A stretch of DNA of 64,000 bases from Deferribacterales bacterium (GTDB taxonomy: Bacteria > Chrysiogenota > Deferribacteres > Deferribacterales > Geovibrionaceae). Of the stretch, positions 60,494-64,000 are shown one piece after another. The notes under the pieces are model-generated. The model was not told the origin of the DNA. It saw nothing but the letters and a program-made list of their open reading frames with translations, and did no database searches. Position 1 is the stretch's first letter. Every line of letters begins with the position of its first letter. The stretch spans positions 64,001-128,000 of the forward strand of contig JBFWJS010000006.1 of NCBI GenBank assembly GCA_050253075.1. Reading direction: 5' to 3'. Position numbers and translations under genes: made by a program.

Positions 60494-61153
60494 TTAAACA
60501 CCCTTTATCAGCTTTGGAATGGCTGCTTCCGACGATACGACTATAAGTATGTCGCCTTCATTAAAGTTTTCGCTAGGCAGTGGGCGGTGTATCCCACCCT
60601 TTTCGCCTCGGCGTATGCCTACGACCATCACGCCGTATTTCTTAGGCAGTTCGAGCTCCATGAGGCTCTTGCCGACCATTGAGGGGAGAACACACATCTC
60701 TGTGATGTGCAGATCCTCGCCGACACTGCTGTCGACTATGATATTTTTGAAAATTAATTTATTGGCGAGCCTGTTGCCCAGCTCCTGTTCAGGGTCTACC
60801 ACCTGATGTGCTCCGACCAGCTTCAGAATGCGCTGATGCATCTTATCGCTAGCTCTGGCTATCACATGGGGTGCGCCCATCTGCCTCAGCAGAGCCGTGC
60901 ATATTATGGATGCGTCCTTTGCCCCTTCGCCTATGGTACAGACGGCTGAGTCACGCTTTGCAGGCTCGAGCTTTGCGAGCTCTGCCTCGTCTGTGGCATC
61001 CATGACAAGGGCTTCCGCTGCGAAGGCTGCCGCCTCTTCCACCCTGTTTTTGCGTTTATCTATGGCGAGCACCTCTGCGCCCTTTTCCGAAAGGCTTTTA
61101 GCCAGCGACATACCGAAATGTCCGAGACCTACTATCAAAACCTGTTGAGCCAT
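60494..61153 (-). CDS. ktrA: KtrA/TrkA-family K+ uptake regulatory subunit (RCK_N + RCK_C)
   Basis: VGLGHFG Rossmann motif, DAT, A.A....H..IL..VGA, GKSL.EL.L..YGV. Confidence 0.9.
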   Translation of the reverse strand: MAQQVLIVGLGHFGMSLAKSLSEKGAEVLAIDKRKNRVEEAAAFAAEALVMDATDEAELAKLEPAKRDSAVCTIGEGAKDASIICTALLRQMGAPHVIARASDKMHQRILKLVGAHQVVDPEQELGNRLANKLIFKNIIVDSSVGEDLHITEMCVLPSMVGKSLMELELPKKYGVMVVGIRRGEKGGIHRPLPSENFNEGDILIVVSSEAAIPKLIKGV

Positions 61154-61165
61154 AATATTCTCCTG

Positions 61166-63181
61166 CTATGTGAGCGTTATATTCTTTTCTATGTGTTCGG
61201 TTCCCGTCGTTGAGCTTCTGCTCAGGAAGGTGAACATGGTGACAGGGCCTATCCTGCCCGCAAACATCGCTATGACGATGACGAGCTTGCCTATGGCATC
61301 GAGCTGTGCCGTAGCACCGATGGAGAGCCCCACTGTGCCGATGGCGGATGTCACCTCGAACATAAGCTCTCTGGTGGGTATCTGCTGTGTCACCTCTACC
61401 ATTATCACCGCCGCAAACCAAACGATGAACCCTGCGATTATGATCGTAACCGCCTTATATATCGTCTCTTCGGATATCTTATAGCTGTTGTATAAGACTG
61501 ACTTCCTGTTTGAGATATTTGACCAGAATGTAAGTATCAGCACGGCTATGGTGGTGGTCTTTATACCGCCCGCCGTACCTCCGGGGCTGCCGCCTATGAA
61601 CATAAATATATGCATGATGATGAGCGAAGGAGCAGTGACATTCGCTATATCCACAGAGTTAAACCCTGCCGTGCGGAGTGTCACCGACTGAAAGAGCGCA
61701 TTCCAGAATTTGTCAAAAACACTGAGCCCGCTCAATGTCACGTCCCACTCAAATGCCAGATACATAAGAGCACCCGCCACGACCATTATAACCGATGCGG
61801 ACAAGGCGAGTTTATAGGATATCGGTACGCTCTTCCCTCGCACCACATAGGGTATGGAGAGAGCCGCAGCAGGAGCCATCCCCCCGAGGAAGATGAGCAT
61901 CGCCACAGTGTTCAGCACCATCGGCTGAGAGTTATACCCCATAAGGCTGTCTGTCTGCAGGGCAAAGCCTGCGTTGCAGAATGCGGATATAGATGTGAAA
62001 ACACCCCGCCACATAGCCTCGCCGAAGCCGTCTCCGTTTATCAGAAACATTAACGTCAGCAATGATGCACCGGCAAGTTCAAGGGTGAATGTATATTTCA
62101 GTATTACAGACAGGGAGTTTATAAGTGATTTATGGTCTGTCTCCGTCATAGCGGTGAGGACAGTCTCATGCTTCAGACTGAGCCTTTTGCCCAGTGACTG
62201 TATGGCTATGGTGGTGATGGTCATTATGCCGAGACCGCCTAGCTGTATGAGTATAAGGATGATGAACTGCCCGAAAAGAGTGAAATCGTGCGGTGTGTCG
62301 AGGACTATCAGCCCCGTAACGCACACTGCGCTGACAGCGGTGAATACGGCATCGATGAAGCTGATGTATCCGTTAACAGTGGCGGCAGGCAGCTGTAATA
62401 ATATAGAGCCCGCAAGGCACAGCATGAAAAACGTGGTAAAGAGCATCCTCGCAGGGTGCAGGAGGATAACATCCCACCAGTACATCATGCGGTCAGAGTG
62501 GCTCTTATCCATGAAGAGTATCACGGATGCGCTGAGGTTCAGCATCAGCATTATATACACCGTCAGATCTATGCTGAAAAATACCGCCGAGAGCCCCGCC
62601 AAAAGCATGAAAGCACCCGCTATGACATTGCGTGTCAGCCTGCAGCAGTATGCCCAGTATATGAACGTGAGCTGTGTAACGGCATAGGATGTCATCAGCA
62701 GATAAAGCGTGCGCCTATGAAATGCGCCGTCAGGGTCGGATATCACAAATATAAAGAGTATCAGCGTTAGTGTATGGGCAGACCACGAAGCACGTGTGTA
62801 GCACTGCCATTTTTCCCTGTCCTTTACCTTTTGGGTGCGGACAGGAGATATGTCTATTATCAGAAACAAAAGCCCGATGAAGAGCACGTTTGCTATCAGA
62901 GTATAGAAAGGACTGCTGTCCACCAGAGGGAAAGCGAGGGCGTATATCAGCACTATGGAGAGGATTCCTGATGATTTTGCGTATTTTGGTTTGATCAGTA
63001 TGAAGTATGCAAAGAATATGCTGGCTGCGACGGATAAGGCTATCATCGCCAGCTTTGCATAAAATGGAACCGGGAGCCCCGGCTCGGCATAAAGCAGTAA
63101 AACAGGAAGCGGAGAAGCCGTGAGCACAGCCCACTCTACCCCCAGGTTTGAGACAAAGTTATTGGTCGTCTGTTTTGCCAT
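61166..63181 (-). CDS. ktrB: KtrB/TrkH-family K+ transporter with N-terminal membrane extension
   Basis: Four pore motifs SAVCVTGL, SAFCNAGF, RTAGF, SAIGTVGLS; GGSPGGTAGGIK; MFAGRIG. Confidence 0.92.
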   Translation of the reverse strand: MAKQTTNNFVSNLGVEWAVLTASPLPVLLLYAEPGLPVPFYAKLAMIALSVAASIFFAYFILIKPKYAKSSGILSIVLIYALAFPLVDSSPFYTLIANVLFIGLLFLIIDISPVRTQKVKDREKWQCYTRASWSAHTLTLILFIFVISDPDGAFHRRTLYLLMTSYAVTQLTFIYWAYCCRLTRNVIAGAFMLLAGLSAVFFSIDLTVYIMLMLNLSASVILFMDKSHSDRMMYWWDVILLHPARMLFTTFFMLCLAGSILLQLPAATVNGYISFIDAVFTAVSAVCVTGLIVLDTPHDFTLFGQFIILILIQLGGLGIMTITTIAIQSLGKRLSLKHETVLTAMTETDHKSLINSLSVILKYTFTLELAGASLLTLMFLINGDGFGEAMWRGVFTSISAFCNAGFALQTDSLMGYNSQPMVLNTVAMLIFLGGMAPAAALSIPYVVRGKSVPISYKLALSASVIMVVAGALMYLAFEWDVTLSGLSVFDKFWNALFQSVTLRTAGFNSVDIANVTAPSLIIMHIFMFIGGSPGGTAGGIKTTTIAVLILTFWSNISNRKSVLYNSYKISEETIYKAVTIIIAGFIVWFAAVIMVEVTQQIPTRELMFEVTSAIGTVGLSIGATAQLDAIGKLVIVIAMFAGRIGPVTMFTFLSRSSTTGTEHIEKNITLT

Positions 63182-63237
63182 ATTTACTTCTCAAACTTAC
63201 TATAACCTATTTATGATCGGAATATATACTATTTATT

Positions 63238-63582
63238 TCAGATATTACTGCGAAACATGAAATAAACCGCCCCGAGCATGCACAGGCTCGCCCATAGATA
63301 ATCAAGCCCGATGCGCTCCCTCATATACAGCATACTGAAAACAGCGAATACAGACATGGTTATCACCTCCTGCATTATCTTCAGCTGACCGAGGGAATAA
63401 AACGTGTGCCCTATCCTGTTAGCGGGAACCTGCAGACAGTATTCAAACAGAGCGATGAACCAGCTAACGCCGATGGCTATCACTAGAGGTTTCGCACGCA
63501 TATCTTTCAGGTGTCCGTACCATGCATATGTCATGAAAATATTTGAGAATATCAAAAGGATAACAGGATAAAACTTTGCCAT
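63238..63582 (-). CDS. DMT family small membrane protein (DUF486-like)
   Basis: SNIFMTYAWYGHLK, SW.IA.FEY..QVPANRIG, QLKIMQEVIT; ATG 63582 with GAGG. Confidence 0.88.
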   Translation of the reverse strand: MAKFYPVILLIFSNIFMTYAWYGHLKDMRAKPLVIAIGVSWFIALFEYCLQVPANRIGHTFYSLGQLKIMQEVITMSVFAVFSMLYMRERIGLDYLWASLCMLGAVYFMFRSNI

Positions 63583-63661
63583 TTTATCACCTCGGGGGAA
63601 TTTCGGATGGATTATATTCCTATCCCGAGAGCAAGACAACAAAGTTTTACCCGGGTGATGT

Positions 63662-64000
63662 TCAGTTTTGCAGATTATCGTGCAGGTCGCATCTGTCGCC
63701 TGAAAGCATGCTGTCGAGGTGCTCGCTGAAAGCTCTGTATTCCTTCACGGCCTTTGCCTGTTCCGCCTTTCTCGATGCGTCCAGTATGCCGTAGTTACTG
63801 ATGAGGAGCTTTACAATGCCTCCGTCCAGATGGCGCATGTCTGACATCTTCTGCAGGATATCTTTCACGTCTGTGCTGTCCATGCCTATGCGGTACGGCC
63901 TGTCCTCTGCCAGGGCAGTGTATACATCCGCCACAGCCATAAGGCGGGATTCGGCGGAGAGCTCGCCGTCGCCCACATGATACGGATATCCGCTGCCGTC
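63662..64000 (-). CDS. HD-GYP c-di-GMP phosphodiesterase, C-terminal part (truncated by window edge)
   Basis: Frame is open to the edge: DGSGYP..AVADVYTAL..DRPYR..LD. Confidence 0.85.
   Translation of the reverse strand, partial: DGSGYPYHVGDGELSAESRLMAVADVYTALAEDRPYRIGMDSTDVKDILQKMSDMRHLDGGIVKLLISNYGILDASRKAEQAKAVKEYRAFSEHLDSMLSGDRCDLHDNLQN

Noticed and set aside
63182..63237. c-di-AMP (ydaO) riboswitch upstream of ktrB
   Set aside because: The gap is only 56 bp and AT-rich, too short for the motif

Overview
Mostly core chromosome of an anaerobic diderm (LPS/Kdo, Lpt, IOR, Hcp, sigma-54). Gene order and content suggest Deferribacterota or a deltaproteobacteria-like organism; this is inference, no search was run. 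150-12051 (minus): LOG, PHP, YfgM-like, iorAB, PHP, rimP, nusA, ylxR, infB, rbfA, truB. 12312-15915: marR-tolC and an MCP. 16110-52749: a ~36.6 kb tightly packed minus-strand housekeeping run: dinG, pgi, tilS, hpt, ftsH, folP, cdaA, cdaR, glmM, pdxJ, acpS, kdsB, pyrG, kdsC, lptCAB, rpoN, hpf, ptsN, hprK, rapZ, mannose-class IIABCD, ptsH, ptsI, pgsA, DUF362, plsY, ribD, ribE, ribBA, ribH, nusB, tldD, yhaM, DUF502, aroE, pilT. 52824-64000 is more accessory: htrA, MCP, yefM-yoeB, hcp, flavodoxin, a Ktr/Trk K+ uptake operon, a DMT protein and a truncated HD-GYP gene. Top observations: (1) a ktr operon whose KtrB has a ~235-aa extra membrane domain, followed by a kinase-less sensor-HAMP-like protein; (2) a 227-bp MITE-like insertion flanked by a 12-bp direct repeat that splits the original hcp/fld terminator, brings its own terminator, and holds a palindromic repeat also present at 72-128; (3) an FNR-type box, uORF and structured leader before hcp; (4) an 11-copy polarised peptide repeat in IF2. 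No rRNA, tRNA, CRISPR array, prophage or transposase gene was seen.
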